Origin: a bacterium
GTDB taxonomy: Bacteria > Auribacterota > Auribacteria > Auribacterales > Auribacteraceae
Length of the DNA: 64,000 bases
Direction: 5' to 3'
NCBI GenBank assembly: GCA_018435605.1
Contig: JAHDNF010000012.1
Span: 72,895-136,894, forward strand
Below the pieces are notes generated by a model that worked only from the letters and a program-made list of their open reading frames with translations, made no database searches and had not been told where the DNA came from. Position 1 is the first letter of the stretch, and every line of letters starts with the position of its first letter. Below, piece by piece: positions 50,671 to 64,000 of this stretch. The translations under genes were made by a program, and so were the position numbers.

Positions 50671-52008
50671 TCACTTTATTGTCAACAGCATTCTTCGTTT
50701 ATTTTCAAATGTATCCTTCAATTCTTCAATACGGTTTATCATAAGTGCGCTGACTTCTTTATAGATATCTTTCTTCGGAATGCCGCCAAGCGAGCTGTAA
50801 TCCGGGGTGAACGGTTTGCCCACAACAACCGTTACCTTAGCGGGTTTGATCCATTTTGCTCCGCGAGGCATGGCGTTGAACGTACCGTCTATATATACCG
50901 GTAAAATCGATGCCTGTGATTTGTGAGCCAGCAGTCCCGCTCCGGTTTTTCCGGATTGAATGGTTCCGTCAGGCGAGCGTGTTCCTTCAGGGAAGATCAA
51001 TACTGTTTTTCCTTCTTTCAAGGTGCTGAGGATATTTTTTATACTTTTGGGCGATGGATTTTCTCGGTCAATAGCTATCAAATTGGCATGATTATAGAAA
51101 AGTTTGTTCAATATTGGAAATTTGCTTTTCACCAGTTCCTCTTTGGCCATGAAATATATGTGGTATGGAATCGCGTTGCCCACAATCGGAGGGTCTATAT
51201 TACTGCAGTGATTAGATGCGACAATGCCGCTGAATAATTTTACGGAATCGTAATCCTCATAATAAAATTGCACCCGGAACAACATTTTTGCCAGTAGCCT
51301 GAACAATTTTTTGTAAAAAAGGTAAATTCGATTTCTTCTGCTTTCCATTATATTATTAATATAATGTGCGACGATGTTCAGTTTTTCTTCGGCAGTCATC
51401 TTTGAGGAGTCTATCACAAGAGCGTCATCAGCTTTTTTCAACGGGCTGTTCTTTCGTTTTGAATCGTTCTCATCGCGATCAATCAGGTTTCGTTTTACAG
51501 CATCAAGAGATATGGATATCCCTTTGGCGCGCAGTTCCTGTAACCGGCGTTCAGCCCGTGCGTCTATACTCGCGGTAATGAAAAATTTAAAATCAGCATC
51601 AGGAAGCACTACCGTACCGATATCTCTTCCTTCCAGAATGGCATTCTTATTTTTTGCATTATCGCGCTGTATGGTTATAAGATGTTGGCGCACGACCGGC
51701 TGTGCCGATACGTGGGATACAAAATTTGACACGCGCGGTTCTCTGATAGCATCGGTTACATCTTTGCCGTCTAAGAAGATACGGTTGCCTTCAGCTCCTT
51801 GCTTAATATCCACGGACGTCGATGACAACAGTTTTTTTAACGATGTATCGTCAAATGATGTCCCAAGCGTATCCAGTACCTTTAGGGTAACCGCTCTGTA
51901 CAAAGCCCCTGTATCGATATATATAAACCCGAGTTTTGTCGCAAGTTGTTTTGCCAGAGTGCTTTTTCCTGAACCTGAATGCCCGTCTATGGCTATGGTT
52001 ATCGTCAT
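50671..52008 (-). CDS. cmk: Cytidylate kinase fused to a 1-acyl-sn-glycerol-3-phosphate acyltransferase (PlsC-like)
   Basis: IAIDGHSGSGKST, YIDTGALYR, EGRDIGTVV; then SNHCSNIDP, FMAKEEL, FPEGTRS. Confidence 0.93.
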   Translation of the reverse strand: MTITIAIDGHSGSGKSTLAKQLATKLGFIYIDTGALYRAVTLKVLDTLGTSFDDTSLKKLLSSTSVDIKQGAEGNRIFLDGKDVTDAIREPRVSNFVSHVSAQPVVRQHLITIQRDNAKNKNAILEGRDIGTVVLPDADFKFFITASIDARAERRLQELRAKGISISLDAVKRNLIDRDENDSKRKNSPLKKADDALVIDSSKMTAEEKLNIVAHYINNIMESRRNRIYLFYKKLFRLLAKMLFRVQFYYEDYDSVKLFSGIVASNHCSNIDPPIVGNAIPYHIYFMAKEELVKSKFPILNKLFYNHANLIAIDRENPSPKSIKNILSTLKEGKTVLIFPEGTRSPDGTIQSGKTGAGLLAHKSQASILPVYIDGTFNAMPRGAKWIKPAKVTVVVGKPFTPDYSSLGGIPKKDIYKEVSALMINRIEELKDTFENKRRMLLTIK

Positions 52009-52952
52009 GGCAGTTTGGTTTCCTTTCGTATCTGTTTGTCATATAATAAATTTTCTTTTACAGAATTAGGCGTAAAGTTAAGTTCGCGGCGGGCGAGTTC
52101 GCACGAAAGCGCGCAGTCTGCTCCGCGTGGTTGCGCAGTCGGATTTGCGGACATAATTGAAGGTATAATCAAGTTGTGACTTTTTTCATGGACAGATGCT
52201 ACCATATAGCCGAACTCATATCTAGACATACGCTCTGCGCCGCAAATATGATACAAACGAGATTTTTTTTCGGAACAACCATTTATGACTGCAAGAATCA
52301 GATTAACGACAGCCCTGCAAAAATCTCCGGAAAACAGCGGGGTACGGTATTGGTCTGTATAAAGCCGTTGTTTATCGTTACGGTCAAATGCGCTTAGTAG
52401 CAAATCAAGATATCCTCCGTGTGCCCCGTGCATAAATATACCGTATGACAACGCTATTCGAAATACCGTGTTAGCATTGATGCCTTTAAGCACAATATCT
52501 TCAGCCGCAAGTTTTGTTTCTCCATAAAGGTTTACCGGGTTAGGAGTATCGGATTCCGTGTATAGACTGCCTTTCGATCCATCGAAAACCAGATCTGTAG
52601 ACAAAAAAAGAACCGGAGCATCAACGGCATTTGCATATTCGACAATATATTCCGTTGCGTCAGTGTTGATCTGGCGTGCCTTAACCGGTTCTTTGGCGCA
52701 TAAATCCGGAGAGGTCATTGCCGCGCAATGAACAACAAATGTAGGGGTATGCTCGGCTATTAGCCTTTTAACACCCTGTGGGTTAGTTAAGTCGCATTTA
52801 ACGCAAATACATTCCGGTATCTGTGGAGCATATCGATTGCCCTGTGCTATAACCGTTGATGTTGGCAGTAAGTAGCGAGCTAGGTTTCCACCAAGAAACC
52901 CCGAAGCGCCGGTGATAAGTATTCTATAGTTATATAATTTAACTTTTTGCAT
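52005..52952 (-). CDS. RmlD-like (dTDP-4-dehydrorhamnose reductase family) extended SDR
   Basis: ITGASGFLG, HCAA, STDLVFDG, YGETK, DQYRTP. Confidence 0.85.
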   Translation of the reverse strand: MQKVKLYNYRILITGASGFLGGNLARYLLPTSTVIAQGNRYAPQIPECICVKCDLTNPQGVKRLIAEHTPTFVVHCAAMTSPDLCAKEPVKARQINTDATEYIVEYANAVDAPVLFLSTDLVFDGSKGSLYTESDTPNPVNLYGETKLAAEDIVLKGINANTVFRIALSYGIFMHGAHGGYLDLLLSAFDRNDKQRLYTDQYRTPLFSGDFCRAVVNLILAVINGCSEKKSRLYHICGAERMSRYEFGYMVASVHEKSHNLIIPSIMSANPTAQPRGADCALSCELARRELNFTPNSVKENLLYDKQIRKETKLP

Positions 52953-53212
52953 ATTTTAGATACCTACTTCAAAGATAAAGCAAGATGTATAATAGTTGAA
53001 TTATTTAACCTTGTATGACCTATGTAATTTCATGCGATCGTAGAATATCGCGATGTATCGATTTGCGATGCGTATGGGTATAAACGTCATTATATATACA
53101 TTAATATATATAAGCTCTAAAAATAAAGATTGTACTACTACAAGTCGTTCAGTGCAAAAATATCGATAGAAAAATGATCTCTTAAAATATGTGTAATCGA
53201 AAATAAACGAAA

Positions 53213-53506
53213 TCAGCCTTTTTTTATAATCAATCCGCCGCATGCCGCAATGAATAGAAAGAATCCGCATCCGACATATAATATAAACACCGGATACCAG
53301 TAATGGTTAACAATCAACGTGTACCACGGAAACACAACAAGTATCGCAGGAGATATCAAGATGGCGAAAATACCCCATAATATCCCCCATGACAATATGA
53401 TCAATCGGATGCTCAAGGCTAAAGCAAGTATTAAACATATCGCAAAGGCAAGTAATCCGCCAATAAGTACTGCCTTTCCTATTTTTTTACGTATATTGGC
53501 TGGCAT
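53213..53506 (-). CDS. Small membrane protein
   Basis: 97 aa, almost entirely hydrophobic (about three helices); ATG start. Confidence 0.55.
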   Translation of the reverse strand: MPANIRKKIGKAVLIGGLLAFAICLILALALSIRLIILSWGILWGIFAILISPAILVVFPWYTLIVNHYWYPVFILYVGCGFFLFIAACGGLIIKKG

Positions 53507-53799
53507 TGTATTGCACCTTTTATGTGGTGAAAAAGCATATCATAGCAAAATATGAATAGTATAGCTAAAATGAATAGCGCTGATCAAAGATTTTGTTGAT
53601 ATACTTGTATAAGTATATGATATATAGTTGTTAAATGTAATAAATTAATGTATTTATATAAGTATAACTAATAAACAACATTAACTTAAAAATTAAAGTA
53701 TAACATTAATAATAATTCAATTAAATTATAAATAATATTATGTAATATATTGATATAAAATGTTTAAAGCGATAATTACAAAAATATTAAGAAAGCGAA

Positions 53800-54085
53800 A
53801 GAAAAAGGTTGCATGTGAAAAATAAAGCTGTATAATACGCGCTACTGTTTCAAAGTGATCCTTTTTATAGTTTTTTGATCTGATATAATGAGTGTAAAAA
53901 AAACGAAAAAAAGGGTTGCATATAAAAAATAAAGCCGTATAATACGCGCTACTGTTTCAAAGTGATCCTTTTTATAGTTTCTTGATTTGATGTATTGAGT
54001 GTAAAAAAAACGAAAAAAAGGGTTGCATATAAAAAATAAAGCTGTATAATACGCCCTATTGTTTTAATTTGATCTTTTTTATGGA
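53800..54085 (+). repeat. Tandem 107-bp repeat (about 2.7 copies), each copy carrying an rrn P1-like promoter
   Basis: TTGCAT at 53809/53916/54023 and TATAAT at 53831/53938/54045: exact 107-bp period, 16-bp spacer, GC-rich ACGC(G/C)C discriminator, upstream A-tracts. Confidence 0.9.
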
Positions 54086-54263
54086 TTGTTAAGTTGCATT
54101 AAGTTGATAGGTAAGTTGTTGTAAATAAAAAATGAAAAAGCAACAAAAAACTTGCTTAAAAGATTTAGGCCGTTGATGTGGTATGTGATAATCGGATGAA
54201 CAAATGATTTTTTTATCTGTAGAGATGCATAAAGAAAAAAATAAATTTGCCGTTAAAAAAGTA

Positions 54264-54292
54264 TTGACATCGGATATGGCTTCAAGTATTAT
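54264..54292 (+). promoter_or_regulatory. Downstream rrn (P2-like) promoter
   Basis: TTGACA, 17-bp spacer, TATTAT. Confidence 0.7.
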
Positions 54293-54428
54293 AGCAACAC
54301 TTTTCTGAGAAATTCAAAAAATTAATAATAGATAGAAATCAGTTAGAATTTTGTTGACTGAGCGAGAGTTTTTTTGGTAGATTTAGTATGGCATTTTATG
54401 TCATAAAGATAGCGGTGGCGGTGGAAAA

Positions 54429-54440
54429 GATCTTTGATAG
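54429..54440 (+). promoter_or_regulatory. boxA-like antitermination element in the rrn leader
   Basis: gatctttgatag; a matching gatctttgacag lies at 56450-56461, just before the 23S gene. Confidence 0.6.
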
Positions 54441-54521
54441 TTTATTTGAGACGCGATACATTATGCTTATATTAAAGCCAATGCAAGTCAATTCATCTCG
54501 GACTATAAATATATGATTATA

Positions 54522-56100
<1,579 letters not shown>

Positions 56101-56253
56101 AGTACGCGGGTTCGAATCGGATCACATTATTTTATTGGCGATAATGGTTCTCCGATTCCTTCTATATGAAGTTTGCCCGAGTACGGTCGATAGCCTCTGA
56201 TGTATCGCCTCAAATAAATTTTAAATTTTGTATAATCTGAGCAAGATTTGCAG

Positions 56254-56330
<77 letters not shown>

Positions 56331-56336
56331 TATACT

Positions 56337-56412
56337 GGGGATATAGCTCAACTGGGAGAGCGCTGCCCTTGCAAGGCAGAGGTTACCGGTTCGATCCCGG
56401 TTATCTCCACCA
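56337..56412 (+). tRNA. tRNA-Ala(TGC)
   Basis: Cloverleaf with G3:U70; anticodon loop ctTGCaa; encoded CCA. Confidence 0.98.
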
Positions 56413-56495
56413 ACTTAAATTTATGTTTTTATTTTTATTAGATATATATGATCTTTGACAGTAATATAGGGTATTAAATAAATTTCGTCGAAAAT

Positions 56496-59499
<3,004 letters not shown>

Positions 59500-59581
59500 T
59501 ATTACGATATATATCCGGAACAACTTGCAAAAGTTGTTCCGGATACCCTATAATACTGTTAAAATTTTATATGTTTATAAT

Positions 59582-59698
59582 TCTCGGTGATATTAGCAGA
59601 GGGGAAATACCCGTTCCCATTCCGAACACGGCAGTCAAGCCCTCTTGCGCCGATGGTACTGCGACGATAGGTCGTGGGAGAGTAGGTCATTGCCGAGT
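59582..59698 (+). rRNA. rrf: 5S ribosomal RNA
   Basis: ctcggtga...cccgttcccattccgaacac...gagagtaggtcattgccgag; terminal helix ctcgg/ccgag. Confidence 0.96.
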
Positions 59699-59706
59699 TA
59701 TAATAT

Positions 59707-59737
59707 AAAACCCGTAAGGTTTTCCTTACGGGTTTTT
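59707..59737 (+). terminator. rrn operon intrinsic terminator
   Basis: aaaacccgtaagg-ttt-ccttacgggtttttt. Confidence 0.9.
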
Positions 59738-59977
59738 TGCGTTTTTTATAACATATTTTCCTACAGACACTTTGCCATTATATTTTACTGAATCTTGCGA
59801 AAAATCTTATTTTATTGATAAATTAGCCGTTAATTGATAATATCTTTATTACATATAAATGACCGAATAGTAATGATTTTTAGAGCATACATATTGCCTT
59901 ATATAATATCTTTAGTAGAAAAATACTTTATATAATTTACAAATAATTAGCAGTTTATCTCACGATCAAGGTTTTTT

Positions 59978-61135
59978 ATGAAACGACTTATTTTTTCTGA
60001 AATATTCCCTCCCAGAAAAGGTGGTAGTGGAAGATGGTTTTATGAAGTTTATTCGCGGCTTTCGAAAGAAAATCATATCGTATGCACAGGATACTGTGAG
60101 GGAGACAATGCGTTTGATTCTACCTGCGGTATGAACATTATCCGCTTGAACTTATCAATGCCGGAATGGGGATTAAAATCTTTCCGAGGGTTAAAAGATT
60201 ATATACGCATATTTTTTCATGTCCGAAAAATAATAAAGAAGGAAATGATATCCTCTATACATTGCGGACGATCTATGCCTGAAGGTCTGGTGTGTTATCT
60301 GATATCGAAGTTATCAAAAGTTCCTTATTTATGTTATGTTCACGGTGAGGAAATTGCAACCTATGAACACAGCAGAGAATTGGTCTTTCTTTCAAAGCTT
60401 ATTTTCCGCGAATCAAAGGCAATAATAGTAAATAGCAATAATTCGAAAGAAATCATGTTGAATTATGTTCCGGATTGCAAAGAGAAAATACATGTACTTA
60501 ATCCGGGAGTTGACAGTTCCTATTTTTCGCCTGCTCCATTTGATCCAATGATACGAAAAAAACATGGATGGTATGGGCGTAAAGTCGTTCTGACAGTCGG
60601 CCGTCTTCAGAAGAGAAAAGGTCATGATTATACCATAACTGCTATCAGTAAAATAAAAAAAGAATTTCCTGACATTTTATATTCAATAATTGGGGATGGT
60701 GAAGAATTGCCATATTTGAAAGATTTAACCAAACAGCTTAACATGGAAAAGTATGTTCAGTTTATAGGTGAAACTGACGACAAAACTTTACTTGAATGCT
60801 ATCAACAATGCGATCTTTTTATTCTTGCGAACAGGAATGTAAATGGGGATATAGAAGGATTCGGTATGGTGTTGGTAGAAGCCCAGTGCTGTGGCAAAGC
60901 GGTTATAGCCGGTGATTCCGGAGGGACAAAAGAGACAATGATTCCATGTAAAACAGGCATGATCGTTGATAGCGAACAACCGGATGTCATAGCTGAATCT
61001 ATATTGACTCTGTTGAAAGACGATCAAAAACTGGTGTCGATGGGCGAAAACGGATATAAATGGGTCAGAGAAAACCTTGATTGGAATAGCCTTGTCAAAA
61101 AAACAATCGATTTATTTGCCGACCTGAAGCTATAA
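59978..61135 (+). CDS. Glycosyltransferase family 4 (GT-B)
   Basis: FPPRKGGSGR, VHGEE, NPGVD, TVGRLQKRKG, EGFGMVLVEAQ..G. Confidence 0.92.
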   Translation: MKRLIFSEIFPPRKGGSGRWFYEVYSRLSKENHIVCTGYCEGDNAFDSTCGMNIIRLNLSMPEWGLKSFRGLKDYIRIFFHVRKIIKKEMISSIHCGRSMPEGLVCYLISKLSKVPYLCYVHGEEIATYEHSRELVFLSKLIFRESKAIIVNSNNSKEIMLNYVPDCKEKIHVLNPGVDSSYFSPAPFDPMIRKKHGWYGRKVVLTVGRLQKRKGHDYTITAISKIKKEFPDILYSIIGDGEELPYLKDLTKQLNMEKYVQFIGETDDKTLLECYQQCDLFILANRNVNGDIEGFGMVLVEAQCCGKAVIAGDSGGTKETMIPCKTGMIVDSEQPDVIAESILTLLKDDQKLVSMGENGYKWVRENLDWNSLVKKTIDLFADLKL

Positions 61136-61239
61136 TTTCAGACAGGTTATGATAAATTTTAAAAACAGTTGAAAAATCTTTTTCTCAAAAATTGGAAGAC
61201 GATTAGTGCCTTTAAAAAAGTAATGGAGGCAAATAAGAT

Positions 61240-62202
61240 ATGGTATATCCTTTTGTAAGTGTTATAGTACCAGCTTATAATGCGGAAAAAACAATGTCTT
61301 TATGCATTGAGAGCCTTATATCTCAGGATTACCCTAAAGATAAATATGAGATAATAATTGTCGATAATAACTCTACCGATGAGACAGCGGAAATCATAAA
61401 GAGTTATTCGGTAACATATTTACTCGAAGATAAAATTCAGACATCCTACGCCGCTAGAAATACCGGTATTCGCCATGCTAAAGGAGAGATACTTGCTTTC
61501 ACTGATGCTGATTGTATCGCGGACAAGAATTGGTTAAAAGAAGGAGTTAAGGCATTCGCTGATTCAACTATCGCCGCAATTAGTGGAAATATGCTTCCTT
61601 ATAAACCTGAAACATGGATTGAACTTTTTCAGTCTAAGCAAAATGTACTTAACCATGCTATATTATTCTCGGAAAGCCGATTGAGAACCAAAGCGGCATC
61701 TATAGCAACTGGGAATGCTTTTTTCAGAAAAATGATTTTTGATAAAGTCGGTTTTTTTTATGATCAATGGATTGGAGGCGCTGACACGGATATGAGCTAC
61801 AAAATTCAAAGAGAAACCGATTTTAAATTAGCCTATTTTCCCGATGCGATTGTTTATCACAAACACAGGACGTCATTAAAAGAATTATGGAAACAATATG
61901 TCCGATATGGACAAAGTGACATTATGATTAGATATAAATACCATTGGGAAAAAGCAGAAAAATTAAAGGCTGATTCCGGGCAATTTAAGCCTTTTTACTG
62001 GAGGATTCGCGCTACAATCATTCAAGCAAGTCTTGAGCTTGTAAAAATATTTCTTCTTTTTCTTATTACAGGGGGGAAATATAAAACGGAGTTATCGGAA
62101 GCTTTTTTAAATCTTTATATAAAAACGGCTCATTTCTATGGTTCATGCAAAGTAGCTATAAAAAACAAGATACCTTTGCATTTTTTTTTACCGCAGGAAT
62201 AA
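61240..62202 (+). CDS. Glycosyltransferase family 2 (GT-A)
   Basis: VSVIVPAYNA, VDNNSTD, ARNTG, FTDADC; ADTD where homologues usually have (E)D.D. Confidence 0.92.
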   Translation: MVYPFVSVIVPAYNAEKTMSLCIESLISQDYPKDKYEIIIVDNNSTDETAEIIKSYSVTYLLEDKIQTSYAARNTGIRHAKGEILAFTDADCIADKNWLKEGVKAFADSTIAAISGNMLPYKPETWIELFQSKQNVLNHAILFSESRLRTKAASIATGNAFFRKMIFDKVGFFYDQWIGGADTDMSYKIQRETDFKLAYFPDAIVYHKHRTSLKELWKQYVRYGQSDIMIRYKYHWEKAEKLKADSGQFKPFYWRIRATIIQASLELVKIFLLFLITGGKYKTELSEAFLNLYIKTAHFYGSCKVAIKNKIPLHFFLPQE

Positions 62203-62284
62203 ATTTAAAGAAATAACGATATTCCCCCGAAAACTGTGTCAGTTGAAATTAATGTAAAATGAGAATATATCGAGTAATAAAGGG

Positions 62285-63334
62285 TTATAATGAATCAATA
62301 AAACGAGACCATTTTTCATAAATTACTTCTTCCGAGTAATTTTTTTGCCAGTAAGCGATTATTTTTTCACTCAAGGTGTTTTTTTCTTTAAGCAGATGAT
62401 TCAGACAACTAACTGTATCATCATCCGATTTGTGATCCACAATTTTTATTCCGGGACAATCTTCGAATTCCCTGAATGCAGGAATATCGGATAGAATACA
62501 TGGTATACCGGCAGACATCGCCTCTGTTACAACCATACCGAAAGTTTCTTTTTTTGATAGTGATATAAGAATATCAAAAGAATTATAAATTTTTGATTTG
62601 TTATCACACCAATTGTGAAAAATAACTTTTATTGAGGTTGCTTTGCAATCATTTTTAACATTTGGAGAACCCCAGACATGAATTTCATTCGCATCTGATT
62701 TGCCAGCCAGTTCAATAGCCTCTTTTATGTTTTTAAGGGGGTTATTTATGTTACCAATGATACCGATATTGGAAGTGAGAGCGGTTTTATTAATTTTCGG
62801 ATTTGTGTTAGGTATAATCATGAAATGTTCGACAGGCAATTTAAATGAATCCTGTTGAATTTGTCCAACAAAATGAACTTTAGTAGCGAGTAAAAGAGCT
62901 TCCATGACCCTGTTTGATGTCAAACCGTGGGAAGTGTCTAATAATCCATGGCATGTTATAATCAGTTTTCCTGTTTTGCTCAGATCACGCAGTAAATTGA
63001 TATCAGTTGATACATCGCATAAGAATATATCAGCTTTTAAATCGATTTTTTTTACAGTAGTCACTCTTTTATTTAGCAGGGGATTATAATTGCTTGTTGG
63101 AGAAGTTACGAATTTAACCGTATATTTGCGGGAAAGTAGATTTATGATATTGGCTATAGCGTATGTACCTCCTGTTTTCCCTTGAAAACCGCAGTGGACA
63201 GATATAATGTTATCAAAAGAGCTTTTGTTTGTAAAATATCTGTAAATAAAATTTAATATTCGAAACTTGTGATAAAAAAAAATATTATACATTGTATCGA
63301 TAAGATTCAGAATTTTCCACGGAAGCCAGATCAT
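62285..63334 (-). CDS. Glycosyltransferase family 4-like (GT-B)
   Basis: GGTYA, TCHG, IPN, ETFGMVVTEAMSAGIPCILSDI. Confidence 0.85.
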   Translation of the reverse strand: MIWLPWKILNLIDTMYNIFFYHKFRILNFIYRYFTNKSSFDNIISVHCGFQGKTGGTYAIANIINLLSRKYTVKFVTSPTSNYNPLLNKRVTTVKKIDLKADIFLCDVSTDINLLRDLSKTGKLIITCHGLLDTSHGLTSNRVMEALLLATKVHFVGQIQQDSFKLPVEHFMIIPNTNPKINKTALTSNIGIIGNINNPLKNIKEAIELAGKSDANEIHVWGSPNVKNDCKATSIKVIFHNWCDNKSKIYNSFDILISLSKKETFGMVVTEAMSAGIPCILSDIPAFREFEDCPGIKIVDHKSDDDTVSCLNHLLKEKNTLSEKIIAYWQKNYSEEVIYEKWSRFIDSL

Positions 63335-63581
63335 TTAATACTGTTCCTTAAGGTTATTTTTTGAAACAAAAAATTAAAAACAAAAAAGTAGCTTTGCTAA
63401 CTCAAAATAGAGCATAGCAATTTGCTGTTGCAAACAGGAAGTTCGGTATGGTAACGTATATTCGCCTCATATATTAAATCAAAGATAATCTCGCAAGTGA
63501 TAATTATAAAAGATATATCAAAAAATTCGTGTAAGTAACATAAAAATCGTTATGCGGATTTTAAAGTTTAGGAGACCCTGA

Positions 63582-64000
63582 ATGAAATCACTGGATAAAC
63601 ATTCGGAATTGAAAAATTATTATAGCACTGAAAAAGTCAGCAAGGACTATCTGGGGCAACGATTTACGAGCGCTATAGGACGGGTACTGCACGAAAAACA
63701 GGTGGCAATCGTAAATAAGATAATTTCAGAAACCGGTGCAAAGAGTATTCTGGAACTTGCCTGCGGCCCAGCAAGGCTTACGTGTGACATCATCTGTGCG
63801 GATACGAATTGCGCTGTTGACGGAAGCCCCGCAATGCTCAAAATTGCTCAACAGCGATTGAAAGAAGCAGGCAAAGGTAGCATTTGGAAACTACAGGAAG
63901 CGGATATTTTTGAACTTAATATGGAAAGAAAGTTCGATTTGATATATACATTTAGGTTTATCCGCCATTTCAAATTGGACGATCGGAAAAAAATATACGG
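63582..64000 (+). CDS. Class I SAM-dependent methyltransferase (3'-partial; not in the ORF track)
   Basis: RBS aggag; open frame MKSLDKHSEL...ILELACGPAR...AVDGSPAML...EADIFEL...FDLIYTFRFIRH running to the window edge. Confidence 0.85.
   Translation, partial: MKSLDKHSELKNYYSTEKVSKDYLGQRFTSAIGRVLHEKQVAIVNKIISETGAKSILELACGPARLTCDIICADTNCAVDGSPAMLKIAQQRLKEAGKGSIWKLQEADIFELNMERKFDLIYTFRFIRHFKLDDRKKIY

Noticed and set aside
51374-52069. 231-aa + strand ORF
   Set aside because: Entirely antisense to cmk, with no motifs.
53800-54085. Possible CRISPR array
   Set aside because: The whole 107-bp unit repeats with no unique spacers, it contains promoter elements, and no cas genes are present.

Overview
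64-kb window of a bacterial chromosome with moderate to low GC. 16S signatures point to a PVC-superphylum lineage; an Omnitrophota/Auribacterota-like candidate phylum is my inference. The first 17 kb hold two giant genes. ORF1 (>=3760 aa, probably truncated at the window edge) is a polyprotein. Its order is: HExxH module, GlmU-like left-handed beta-helix, two intact tandem phosphohexomutases with eukaryote-type AGM1/PGM3 motifs, a UAP1-type UDP-sugar pyrophosphorylase, a second beta-helix, a second HExxH module, and a C-terminal domain. ORF2 (1905 aa) has a signal peptide, a TIKI/ChaN/EreA-like N-domain, and a C39-like Cys peptidase followed directly by a double-glycine-type site. It ends in a C-terminal domain homologous to that of ORF1; both end EKLxxQxxxDxSA-stop. 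My lead hypothesis is a family of exported, possibly self-processing, enzyme-carrying giant proteins with a shared C-terminal targeting domain. The rest of the window holds: a PEP-CTERM beta-propeller protein; two GT-C-type membrane proteins (one STT3-like); several metallopeptidases; a SprT-like/DUF1848/radical SAM/DUF6873 operon; an SSS transporter; HTH-EIIA, HIT and aroF; truA; a TPR-ExbB-ExbD-TonB-like operon; tyrS, rpsA and a cmk-plsC fusion; a complete rRNA operon (16S-tRNAIle-tRNAAla-23S-5S) preceded by a triplicated 107-bp promoter unit; and a glycosyltransferase cluster running off the right edge. I found no CRISPR array, integrase or transposase. All domain calls come from motifs read by eye, not from database searches.
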